DNA of 64,000 nt. Origin: Macrostomum hystrix. Lineage: Eukaryota; Animalia; Platyhelminthes. The translations under genes were made by a program, and so were the position numbers. How positions within the stretch are numbered: position 1 is the stretch's first letter; every line of letters begins with the position of its first letter. Below, in pieces: positions 38,283 to 49,655 of the stretch. The stretch lies in assembly GCA_950097015.1 (NCBI GenBank), contig CATNEN010000007.1, forward strand, positions 12,152,001-12,216,000, in the 5' to 3' direction. The notes under the pieces are model-generated. The model had not been told where the DNA came from, searched no databases, and worked only from the letters and a program-made list of their open reading frames with translations.

Positions 38283-41200
38283 TTCGCATTGTTGCTGCTC
38301 GCCGCCACAACGCCTGCGCCTACTGCCAAGCCAGAAGAGTCCAGGCTAGTCGAGCAGCCGGCCAATGCTAGCCAGGCCTCTCTAAGCCTCGGTTGCATCT
38401 TCCCTGGCAACAATTCCGACCGTGTCACTTACCTAGAGTGGCATGTGGGCGAGAAGGCCGTCTGCAAGCTGTTCCTGGAGAGAAAGCCGGTGGATGTCGG
38501 CGAATGCCGGCTCAAATTGCAGCCGCTCGACATCGGCATTAACAACACCGGCCTGCAGCTGCTGCTGGCCCCCGTACTGCCCAAGCATGAGGACCGCTAC
38601 CGCTGCTTGACCTACGAGAACTCCGCCTCCTACGAACTGATCACTCAGCTGCTGGTGCGAGGTGAGATTGCAGTAATTTTGTCTTGACTGGCAGTGAAAT
38701 AAATACCAGTTGTCTTACTGCTGACCTCTGACTACAAGTGCCTGAATAGAATAGAATAGTAGAAATTACGTCAAGCACAGTTAGCCAGACGGCGCTTCCA
38801 AGACTACAGGCGTATAGCTGTACAACCAGCAGCGAAGCTCACAGACAGATCCCAGTCTTCGCGTCCTCGTCCTGCCCCGCAGACCGGCCGTCGAAGCCAT
38901 CAAGCCTGCGCTGCTCGGACCACGGACCGGACTGGGCACGCCTGGACTGGGAGCCGCCCCGCCAGCTGCACCACCTGCCCGTTGATCGATACGAAGTGGC
39001 CAGCTGGCCCTCCGAGTCAGACTCAGAGCCTCCCGCCGATGTTGCCTGGTCCGGCTGGAGCAATGCCACCACTCGCCTGCACCTGGTGTCCGGCTTGTCT
39101 GCCTACAGCTTTTACTGCTTTGCTGTGCGCGCCATCAACTCCATTGGTGCCGGGCCGCCTGCCGTCGCCTGCGGAGTCCGCACCCTGGAGCTGCCGCCTG
39201 AGGCGGACGCGTTCTCCTTCAAGCTGCTCCGCGCCTCGGCCACTGTGGCCTCTTTCCTCGCCGCCTACAAGCCCGAGCGGCTGCGCGGACGCCTGGACTA
39301 CGTGCAGCTCAGCTTCCAATGCCTGCGGTTTCGAGAGCTCAGCGCCGCCTACGCGCCCACGCATCGGCCGCCGAGGATTGAATCGAGGCTAGATGCATTC
39401 GTAAAATTCGAAAAGGTGAGACTGAAAGGCGCCTCACAATTATAGCAATTTGTTTTATAATCCCTAATGTTTTATATCTTAGGGCACAATTCTCATATTA
39501 AGGCTTTCTGCTCTTTTCTCCTGTCTTCAAGATCTCAACTGCCAAGTTTTTATTTCACCATTTTAACATCTCACCCCGCAATCTCAACATCTCACCCCAC
39601 AATCTCTAAAATCCCACCCCGCAGTCTCTAACATTCCTACTCAAATATCTAACACCCACAAAGCAGTTTAGACTTTCCCTCATAATGTAATATTTATTTA
39701 TTAAGTACGCTTGCAATCGCTTCATGGTGATCATTGCGACGTCTCATGATCATTCCCCAGGAGGTTCTCGCAGACAAGCTGCAGCCCTACTGCCAGTACA
39801 ACCTGTCCTACATGGTCGTCACCAGCCACAATGTGCCGGCCCACGGCTTCCTTCTCTTCAACACAACTGAAGACTGTGAGTGCGACCTGCTATTTTGGTT
39901 AGCTTTATTCGTGTCTTAACTTAGGTCAATAGCTAGCCTCTTAAACTTGCTGTTTATAATATATTATTGGTTCATAATTGCACCCAAAATGGTGCGCTTT
40001 GGTTGCTCTGCATTCTCAAACAATCTCTCCTTGGTTGGCCTATTCCGCCACCGCCAGTGGCCCCAGCGCCAATCCTGTCGCTGGTCAGGCAGCTGCAGTT
40101 CGACACGAACGCCACCCTGACTTGGAACATGGCACGCCGCGTCCCCGGCCACGTGCTGCTCCATCGCGTTCGCTTCCATGGTGTTGGGCTGGACATTGAG
40201 CAGCGTGAGCTGAACGTGTCCTCCATCAGCCAACAAGTGCTGCTGACCAACCTGCAGCCTAACACTGAGTACCGGGTCACCGTGGCCGCCATCACCGGCA
40301 TGGGCGCTGGCGCGGAGTCGAATGAGGCCGGGCTGCTCACCGACCCCAGCTGGCCGAGTCCGCCCCGGCAGGTTCAGGTGGAGACGAGCTTCACAGCCGG
40401 AGCCGTCGTCTCCTGGGCGCTCAGCGAATTCAACCTGCAGCCGCCAGAGTCCAGCAGCATCGTCGCCACCTCATTGCCGATGACCTACCCTCAGTCTCTG
40501 CTCACCTTCAGCATCAGCTGGCGCTTCGTCGACTCGTTTGACTCTTCAACCGCCGGAATCGGACGCGTGAACACCGGCCCCATGAGCAGCATGGGGGGCT
40601 GCAAGTGCATCGCCGAATCCTGGCTGCCGCGGTCTAACGTCACGCCCTGCCGGTTGCAGCACGATAGGCTATGCGTGAGTCCAGAATTTGTGTAAAAGCT
40701 CCGCGCGTGAGTTCCACTCGCCTTAAATGCTGATGCAGAACAGTTAGGGCACCAAATGCAGCGTGGTGCGAATTGAAGATCCTCAGTGGATCTGAGACCC
40801 CCTGTTTACAACGCCCGGCTTCTTCCCTCGCAGGTTTTAATCCCGTGGTCGGATCTGGCCGCTGTCAGCTCGCCGCCCCACAACGGCGACGTAATCACCC
40901 GGCTGCGCATCGAGGTGCGCAGCGTCGGCCTGGCCAGGTTTTCAAACGATCCGCTCTATCCCGGACACGCGTCGGAATGCGCGTTGGACATTCCGACCGC
41001 TTACCTGTTTACCACGCCCGTTTTAGCGGCTTCACTGCCGTTAGACCGGTCCGTGATTGTTGGCATCATTGTGGGCGGCTGCATTGTGCTTCTGGCCGTG
41101 GCTGTCATCACATTCTTGGTGTGGAAGTGGCTCTGCAGCCACCGCGGCTATCGACGGCCGTTCGCCGCCGGCACGGAGACGCTCGAGTTTCTGGGTAAGC

Positions 41201-44200
41201 GCAGCTCGCAGATTTTGTCATGTCAAGCTGGACATTGGTCATGGCCCATTAAGCATTGGTCATATCAGGGTTGGTGTTGGTCATGGCCCATTAAGCATTG
41301 GTCATATCAGGGTTGGTGTTGGTCATGGCCCATTAAGCATTGGTCATATCAGGGTTGGTGTTGGTCATGGCCCATTAAGCATTGGTCATATCAGGGTTGG
41401 TGTTGGTCATGGCCCATTAAGCATTGGTCATATCAGGGTTGGTGTTGGTCATGGCCCATTAAGGATTGGTCATATCAGGGTTGGTGGTGGTCATGGCCCA
41501 TTAAGGATTGATCATATCAGGGTTGGTGTTGGTCATGGCCCATTAAGGATTGGTCATATCAGGGTTGGGTCGGATCATAGCTGAGTTCAAAAATTGCATC
41601 CGGTTAATCAATTTGCCACCCGCAGAGCATGAGTACAATGGCTCCCGCAACTCCGGCTCCCGGCCGCAGTTTCGGCCGTACAGCCAGACGGAGTTTAAAG
41701 CGCTGAGCATTCCAGAGTTCAGGGAGCACGTGCTGGCCAGTCACGCCAACGACAACTCCGCCTTCCAGATGCAGTTCGATGATGTGCAGCGGTCCACACA
41801 CAGGGACTGGCCCGCTTCTTATTGGAAACTGCAGGAGAACCTGCCAAAGAACAGATACACAGATATATATCCATGTGAGTGCGCCTACTTTTGCTGATCC
41901 CTAGGCTCAGGCTGTGACTGCCAGCCTCCCAGATCCTCAGGCTGTGACTGCCAGCCTCCCAGATCCTCAGGCTGTGACTGCCAGCCTCCCAGATCCTCAG
42001 GCTGTGACTGCCAGCCTCCCAGATCCTCAGGTTGTGACTGCCAGCCTCCCAGATCCTCAGGTTGTGACTGCCAGCCTCCCAGATCCTCAGGCTGTGACTG
42101 CCAGCCTCCCAGATCCTCAGGCTGTGACTGCCAGCCTCCCAGATCCTCAGGTTGTGACTGCCAGCCTCCCAGATCCTCAGGCTGTGACTGCCAGCCTCCC
42201 AGATCCTCAGGCTGTGACTGCCAGCCTCCCAGATCCTCAGGTTGTGACTGCCAGCCTCCCAGATCCTCAGGTTGTGACTGCCAGCCTCCCAGATCCTCAG
42301 GCTGTGACTGCCAGCCTCCCAGATCCTCAGGCTGTGACTGCCAGCCTCCCAGATCCTCAGGCTGTGACTGCCAGCCTCCCAGATCCTCAGGCTGTGACTG
42401 CCATCCTCCCAGATCCTCAGGCTGTGACTGCCATTTCCTAAATCCCCAGGCTTTGCTTACCAAACTGTGACATAGTGAGCAGGCGCCTCTTTCGCTAGAT
42501 AGGCCCTCACACCCGCCGCATGTGGCAATCATTGCAGACGATCACACGCGGGTGATTTTGTTCAGCAACAGCGGCAAGCGGCGCGGCGACTACATCAATG
42601 CCAACTATGTTGATGTGAGCTCGCCCTTGATTCTTATCAACTGAATATTGTAAGGCGTTTCATGTTGTGCCAGCAATTTCACTCGATCCCACCAACCCAC
42701 TGCCCAGGGCTACCACCTGCCCAAGGCCTACATCGCCTGCCAGGGCCCCCTACCAGGAACATTCGACGACTTCTGGCTGATGGTTTGGGAGAACAAGAGC
42801 AGCGTCGTGGTCATGATCTCCAACTTTGTGGAGCGCGGACGGGTGAGCGAAGGAAGGTCCTGGGATTCTGAATGGGATTATATGACGGTTTTGTAAAATT
42901 TCAAATATGATTTTGTGAGATTCTGAATGCGATTTTTTGAGATTCTGAGTGAGATTTTTTAAGAATCTGAATAAGATTTTATGAGATTCCGAATGAGATT
43001 TTGTGAGATTCTGAATGAGATTTCGTGAGTCTGAATGGGATTTTCCCTGGCTTCCGCAGCGCAAGTGCGACCAGTACTGGCCAAGCAGCGGGTCGCAGAC
43101 CTACGGCCACATCGCGGTGAAGTTCCTGAGCCAGGCCAGCAAGGCCGCCTACTGCCTGCGCGTGTTCAGCATTCGCGACACCCGGGCCAAGAAGTCGGTC
43201 AAGGAGCGCCTGGTGCACCACTACCTGTACTCTGAGTGGCCTGACTACGGTGTGCCGCAGTACCCCCTGCCAGTGCTCAACTTTGTGCAAAAGTCCATTC
43301 AGTCATCCGACGATGCTGGACCCATTGTGGTGCACTGCAGGTAAGCGGAATTTATTCTGGAGCCAATGATGCGCCGAACACTCGATGTTCTCAAGGCCAC
43401 TAAAGTACAGTGGGGTTATTGACACCTGTCCACCCGCAGCGCCGGAGTGGGCCGCACCGGCACCTTCATCTGCATTGAGGCGCAGATCCGGCAGATCCAG
43501 CAGGAGAAGACGGTGAACGTGCGCGGATTCCTTGAACACATTCGGCAGCAGCGAATGCGCCTGGTGCAAACTGAGGAGCAGTACGTTTTCATTCACGACG
43601 TCCTGCTGGAGTATCTGCTCTGCCCTGAGCGGGAGGTGTCCAGGGACCAGCTGCCCGGCTACATCAAGGGACTGTACGAACCCGGACCCTGCGGCTGCAG
43701 CAGACTGGAAACCCAGTATCAGGTTTGTATGCCTTCCTAACTAGTTTACTTTGCCTAGCTTCCACAATGATTATAATCCCCAGCTTCCACACTGATCATA
43801 ATCCCCATTTTCCACAATGATCATAATCCCCATTTTCCACAATGATCAAAATCCCTATTTTCCACAATGATCATAATCCCCATTTTCCACAACGATCATA
43901 ATCTCCATTTTCCACAATGATCATAATCCCCATTTTCAGCAATAATCATAATCCCCAGATTCCTCAATAATCATAATCCCAATTTTCCACAATGATCAAA
44001 ATCCCCATTTTCAGCAATAATCATAATCCCCAGATTTCTCAATAATCATAATCCCAATTTTCCACAATGATCATAATCCCCATTTTCCGCAATGATCATA
44101 ATCCCCATTTTCCACAATAATCATAATCCCCAGATTCCTCAATAATCATAATCCCAATTTTCCACAATGATCATAATCCCCATTTTCCACAATGATCATA

Positions 44201-47200
44201 ATCCCCATTTTCCACAATGATCAAAATCCCCATTTTCCACAATAATCATAATCCCCAGATTCCTCAATAATCATAATCCCAATTTTCCACAATGATCATA
44301 ATCCCCATTTTCCGCAATGATCATAATCCCCAGATTCCTCAATAATCATAATCCCAATTTTCCACAATGATCATAATCCCCAGATTCCTCAATAATCATA
44401 ATCCCAATTTTCCACAATGATCATAATCCCTATTTTCCGCAATGATCATAATCCCCAGATTCCTCAATAGTCATAATCCCAATTTTCCACAATGATCATA
44501 ATCCCTATTTTCCGCAATGATCATAATCCCCATTTTCCACAATGATCATAATCCCCGGCTTGCAATCCTACAAGTCCTCATCTGCAGCAATGTTCCTGTG
44601 AACAGTTTCCACGCCCCACCCCGTCCGCAGCTGTGTGTTTCCAGTCGGCCGTCGGCCAACGATTTCATCTCGGCCCGGAAGCCGTGCAACGCGCGCAAGA
44701 ACCGCACCGTCCTGCCCAGTGAGTTGGCCCCGGGCCTCCGCTGTGTCCGTCAGATTTTCAATTGTGCTTCATGAGTGTCCCACCTGATTCACTTTTTATT
44801 TTACCTTTCAGTTGAGGCTCGGCGCGTCAAGCTCACGGCTGAGCCGGGAATCGAAGGCTCCGATTTTATCAATGCGTCACATCTGCATGTGAGTATACCG
44901 TGCTCAAGCTCCCAGCTCACCGCTTCTTGCTAGCATTGGGAATGGGAGTTTAGACTGGACTGGGTGGGAATGGGAGTTTAGACTGGACTGGGTGGGAATG
45001 GGAGTTTAGACTGGACTGGGTGGGAATGGGAGTTTAGACTGTACTGGATGGGAATGGGAGTTTAGACTGTACTGGATGGGAATGGGAGTTTAGACTGGAC
45101 TGGGTGGGAATGGGAGTTTAGACTGGACTGGGTGGGAATGGGAGTTTAGACTGGACTGGGTGGGAATGGGAGTTTAGACTGGACTGATTGGGAATGGGAG
45201 TTTAGACTGTACTGGGTGGGAATGGGAGTTTAGACTGGACTGGGTGGGAATGTGAGTTTAGACTGGACTGGGTGGGAATGGGAGTTTAGACTGGACTGGG
45301 TGGGAATGGGAGTTTAGACTGGACTGGGTGGGAATGGGAGTTTAGACTGGACTGGGTGGGAATGGGAGTTTAGACTGGACTGGGTGGGAATGGGAGTTTA
45401 GACTGGACTGGGTGGGAATGGGAGTTTAGACTGGACTGATTGGGAATGGGAGTTTAGACTGTACTGGGTGGGAATGGGAGTTTAGACTGGACTGGGTGGG
45501 AATGTGAGTTTAGACTGGACTGGGTGGGAATGGGAGTTTAGACTGGACTGGGTGGGAATGGGAGTTTAGACTGGACTGGGTGGGAATGGGAGTTTAGACT
45601 GGACTGGGTGGGAATGGGAGTTTAGACTGGACTGGGTGGGAATGGGAGTTTAGACTGGACTGAGTGGGAATGGGAGTTTAGACTGGACTGAGTGGGAATG
45701 GGAGTTTAGACTGGACTGAGTGGGAATTGGAGTTTAGACTGGACTGGGTGGGAATGGGAGTTTAGACTGGACTGAGTGGGAATGGGAGTTTAGACTGGAC
45801 TGGGTGGGAATGGGAGTTTAGACTGGACTGGGTGGGAACGGGAGTTTAGACTGGATTGGGTGGGAATGGGAGTTTAGACTGGACTGGGTGGGAATGGGAG
45901 TTTAGACTGGACTGGGTGGGAATAGGAGTTTAGACTGGACTGGGTGGGAATGGGAGTTTAGACTGGACTGGGTGGGAACGGGAGTTTAGACTGGACTGGG
46001 TGGGAATGGGAGTTTAGGCTGGATTGGGTGGGAATGGGAGTTTAAGCTTCATCGAGCCGCACCATACCACTTCAGGGCTACTTCTCAATAAATGAGTACA
46101 TTGTTACCCAGCACCCGCTGGAGGAGACTGTGTTCGACTTCCTGAAGATGATCTGGGACCACAACTGCTCGACGGTCGTCTGGGTGTACAACGAGGAGCC
46201 GCCTGAAGGGCCGCTGCCCCGCATTTGGCCAACACACGAGGACGACATGCGGGAAACTGAGTACCTGCAGCTGTACTTCCGGTGAGCTGCTGCCTAAGCC
46301 TGCTGAACACAGAGGATCCGAAATATCGCTTAAATAGCTCCTGACTGTGCCCTTCCCGCCCCGCAGTAACGAGGAAGAATTCCCATTCGCCACTCGCCGC
46401 GAATTCCTGATGGCCACAAAGCGCGACGATTACAGTCTTGTGGTCTCTCTGTGGACGCTGAAGCGCTGGCCGGAGCTGCTCGGCCAGGCCTTGGAGATGA
46501 TGCGGCTGGTTGGCGCGGTCTCCGAGCGCAGGGTGCCGCCGGTTTCTCCTCTCATCGTGATGGACACGTGAGAAAGCTTATCTGCACCGCTCTGCCACTC
46601 ACCCCACGTTGTGGGTTGCATTTGTTAGGGTTGCAACTATGGGTTGCAGCTGTTGTGGGTTGCAGCTATGGGTTGCAGCTGTTATGGGTTGCAGCTATGG
46701 GTTGCAGCTATGGGTTGCAGCTGTTGTGGGTTGCAGCTGTTATGGGTTGCAGCTGTTATGGGTTGCAGCTGTTGTGGGTTGCAGCTGTTATGGGTTGCAG
46801 CTGTTATGGGTTGCAGCTGTTATGGGCTGCAGCTGTTATGGGTTGCAGCTGTTGTGGGTTGCAGCTGTTATGGGTTGCAGCTGTTATGGGTTGCAGCTAT
46901 GGGTTGCAGCTATGGGTTGCAGCTGTTGTGGGTTGCATTTGTTAGGGTTGCAACTATGGGTTGCAGCTGTTGTTTGTTGCAGCTGTTGTGGGTTGCATTT
47001 GTTATGGGTTGCAGCTGTTATGGGTTGCAGCTATGGGTTGCAGCTGTTATGGGTTGTAGCTATGGGTTGCAGCTGTTGTGGGTTGCAGCTGTTATGGGTT
47101 GCAGCTATGGGTTGCAGCTATGGGTTGCAGCTGTTATGGGTTGCAGCTGTTGCGGGTTGCAGCTGTTATGGGTTGCAGCTATGGGTTGCAGCTATGGGTT

Positions 47201-49365
47201 GCAGCTGTTGCGGGTTGCAACTGTTGTGCAATTATGATACGGGGAGCTACCCAGTGAGCCACCATCCCCGTCCGCTCTCTCCAGCTACGGCAGCAGTCAC
47301 GCTGGCATCTTCTGCGCCCTGTACACCCTGTATCACCAGCTGCTGCTGGAGGACTCTGCCGATGTGTACTCGCTGTTCAAACTATACCATCTGCAGCGGC
47401 CAGGCGTGTTCAACACCCCGGTAAGTGTCGACTCAAATTTCTTTCTCAACTGATCTGAGCATCATGGGCTGAGTTGATCTAAAGACTGCGTACAGCTAGC
47501 CTTTCAGTCCATGGACTGGGGATTCCACACGCCTAAAAGTCTCCCCCAGCTAATACGGGTACCCCAAGAAAACGAATTGTTTTTTGCTGTGATTCGAACC
47601 CCAGACTTCTTGGTCAGAAGTCCAAAGCTCTAACCTGCTGGGCTAAAACTTGCATAATATTTTAATTATGCTCAATAATTACATTGATAAGAATGCTTGC
47701 ACTGAGCACATTTGTTACTTAGCTAGGTAGACAGGCAGGCAGGTGGGTAAACATATTGTTTATACAAATGTACCAGCAAAGTTATTAATTAATCAGCCGA
47801 GCTTGTAGGGTTTTAGCCTTGTGGTTAGAGCGTCGGACTCACGACTTGAAGGTCGGGGGTTCGATTCCCGTCTCCACTGGAACAATTTGTGTCCTTTAAC
47901 AAGACACTTGTTAGACACTTTAACTCTGCATAGCTTCAGTTCACCCAGCTGATAGATAGGTGCTTCATTTCACCCAGCTGTTAGATAGGTGCTTCATTTC
48001 ACCCAGCTGTTAGATAGGTGCTTCATTTCACCCAGCTGTTAGATAGGTGCTTCATTTCACCCAGCTGTTAGATAGGTGCTTCATTTTACCCAGCTGTTAG
48101 ATAGGTGCTTCAGTTCACCCAGCTGTTAGATAGGTGCTTCAGTTCACCCAGCTGTTAGATAGGTGCTTCATTTTACCCAGCTGTTAGATAGGTGCTTCAG
48201 TTCACCCAGCTGTTAGATAGGTGCTTCAGTTCACCCAGCTGTTAGATAGGTGCTTCATTTTACCCAGCTGTTAGATAGGTGCTTCATTTTACCCAGCTGT
48301 TAGATAGGTGCTTCAGTTCACCCAGCTGTTAGATAGGTGCTTCATTTTACCCAGCTGTTAGATAGGTGCTTCAGTTCACCCAGCTGTTAGATAGGTGCTT
48401 CATTTTACCCAGCTGTTAGATAGGTGCTTCAGTTCACCCAGCTGTTAGATAGGTGCTTCATTTTACCCAGCTGTTAGATAGGTGCTTCATTTTACCCAGC
48501 TGTTAGATAGGTGCTTCAGTTCACCCAGCTGTTAGATAGGTGCTTCATTTTACCCAGCTGTTAGATAGGTGCTTCAGTTCACCCAGCTGTTAGATAGGTG
48601 CTTCATTTTACCCAGCTGTTAGATAGGTGCTTCAGTTCACCCAGCTGTTAGATAGGTGCTTCAGTTCACCCAGCTGTTAGATAGGTGCTTCAGTTCACCC
48701 AGCTGTTAGATAGGTGCTTCATTTTACCCAGCTGTTAGATAGGTACCAGCAATAGCTGGGGTAATTGATGGTGGGAGTGGCGTCTCCCCAGGCCATGGAC
48801 TGAACAGCCGAACTGTCTTTAGATGCGCCGGGCAATAGCTGCGGCTGTACTGTCGGCTGCACGCCTTAAGAAACTGGGGCAGGTGCAATCAATAATTATT
48901 ATTAAAATCAATCATCCTAGCCTGAAAAAAGAACTCCAGGTCGCCCCCTCTCCTGCTCAGGCTGATCTTCAATTCATCTATGAGGTGGTCGCCTACCACG
49001 CCAGGCTGAGCTCGCCCAGCGGTAGCCTCCCGCAGCAGCAACGCCGCGAGCAGGGCGGCAGCGACGGCGCGGGCGGCACCCTCGGCAGCCGGAGCGGCGG
49101 CGGTGGCGACAGGCGAGGCGAGGACCAGCAGCAGCTACCCACCCAGGAGACTCCGCAGCAGTTGCAGCGGGAAGTCGAGGCCCAGGGCGACGGCCAGTCG
49201 CAGGACAAGTCGGAGGAGGACGCCGAAGTGACGGCTGCAACGGAGGACCCGGTGACGCCATCTGCCGCGGAAATTTCTGTTGCCTTTTCCAATGGCGACG
49301 TCGGAGGCCTCGCCACCGCGAACTGCGGCAGCAACGGCGGCGCTTCCCTGGCCAAGGACGCGTGA
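38283..49365 (+). CDS. Receptor-type protein tyrosine phosphatase, PTP99A/PTPRG/PTPRZ-like (Ig + FN3 repeats + TM + active D1 + inactive D2); 16 exons identified, ~1380 aa, start unresolved
   Basis: Exons 38283-38661, 38883-39415, 39761-39875, 40058-40674, 40834-41194, 41626-41874, 42538-42614, 42708-42842, 43060-43340, 43440-43722, 44631-44718, 44812-44888, 46076-46281, 46367-46567, 47285-47420 and 48961-49365 join in frame (4143 nt). Ig: C..W..D.YRC. FN3: NLQPNTEYRVTVAA. TM: VIVGIIVGGCIVLLAVAVITFLVW. D1: KNRY, DYINANY, YIACQGP, VERGRRKCDQYWP, WPDYGVP, VHCSAGVGRTG, QTEEQY. D2 has IVMDTYG in place of VHCSAG. Confidence 0.93.
41233..41568 (+). repeat. 39-bp minisatellite x~8.5 in a PTP intron
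   Basis: Unit TTGGTCATGGCCCATTAAGCATTGGTCATATCAGGGTTGGTG-type. Confidence 0.95.
41905..42434 (+). repeat. 30-bp minisatellite x~17.5 in a PTP intron
   Basis: Unit GCTGTGACTGCCAGCCTCCCAGATCCTCAG. Confidence 0.97.
42862..43045 (+). repeat. Degenerate ~20-22-bp repeat (GAGATTCTGAATGAGATTTT..) in a PTP intron
   Basis: Diverged tandem units. Confidence 0.8.
43760..44556 (+). repeat. 25-bp minisatellite (TTTCCACAATGATCATAATCCCCAT) in a PTP intron
   Basis: Tandem units with variants. Confidence 0.96.
44937..46044 (+). repeat. 28-bp G-rich minisatellite (GGGAATGGGAGTTTAGACTGGACTGGGT) x~39 in a PTP intron
   Basis: Tandem units read directly. Confidence 0.98.
46608..47227 (+). repeat. 13/16-bp minisatellite (TATGGGTTGCAGC[TGT]) in a PTP intron
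   Basis: Tandem units read directly. Confidence 0.96.
47477..47649 (-). mobile_element. Related, internally deleted tRNA-derived SINE, head-to-head with the 47808 copy
   Basis: Reverse complement reads GTTTTAGCCCAGCAGGTTAGAGC..GGGGTTCGAATC...GGTACC..TAGCTGGGG...CCATGGACTGAA...GTCTTTAGAT, colinear with the plus-strand copy. Confidence 0.65.
47808..48906 (+). mobile_element. tRNA-derived SINE (Nin/Deu- or V-domain-like core) with an internal 29-bp array, in the last PTP intron
   Basis: Pol III A box (TAGCCTTGTGG/TGGTTAGAGCG) and B box (GGTTCGATTCC). Core TGTGTCCTTTAACAAGACACTT...CACCCAGCTG..AGGTACC. Tail AATAATTATTATTAAA. No intact acceptor stem, so not a tRNA gene. Confidence 0.7.
47933..48744 (+). 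repeat. 29-bp array (CTTCAGTTCACCCAGCTGTTAGATAGGTG) x~28 inside a SINE
   Basis: Tandem units read directly. Confidence 0.97.
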
Positions 49366-49610
49366 GCACTGTCGGCTGGCATTTGTGAGTAGCCATGAAA
49401 ATCAAATGCGCGGCAATCGACTGGACAGCATTTGAAAGTGTCGGCCCTTTAGGTGACCCGTTGTTGCTGACTTATTTTTCAACTGATTGCACCTGCTTGC
49501 AAAATATATTAATCCCAGTGTGTGATCAGCAGCCACCACTTTACCACCACAGCCGTTTTATCGTGTATCATATTAAGGCTTATGAATGAGCCGCAAAATT
49601 TTATCCGCAA

Positions 49611-49614
49611 CTGC

Positions 49615-49655
<41 letters not shown>
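49611..49655 (+). repeat. (CTG)n(ATG)n microsatellite in the PTP 3' region
   Basis: Read directly. Confidence 0.9.

Noticed and set aside
47808-47880. Functional tRNA gene
   Set aside because: A and B boxes are present, but there is no pairing acceptor stem and it continues into a SINE body and tail.
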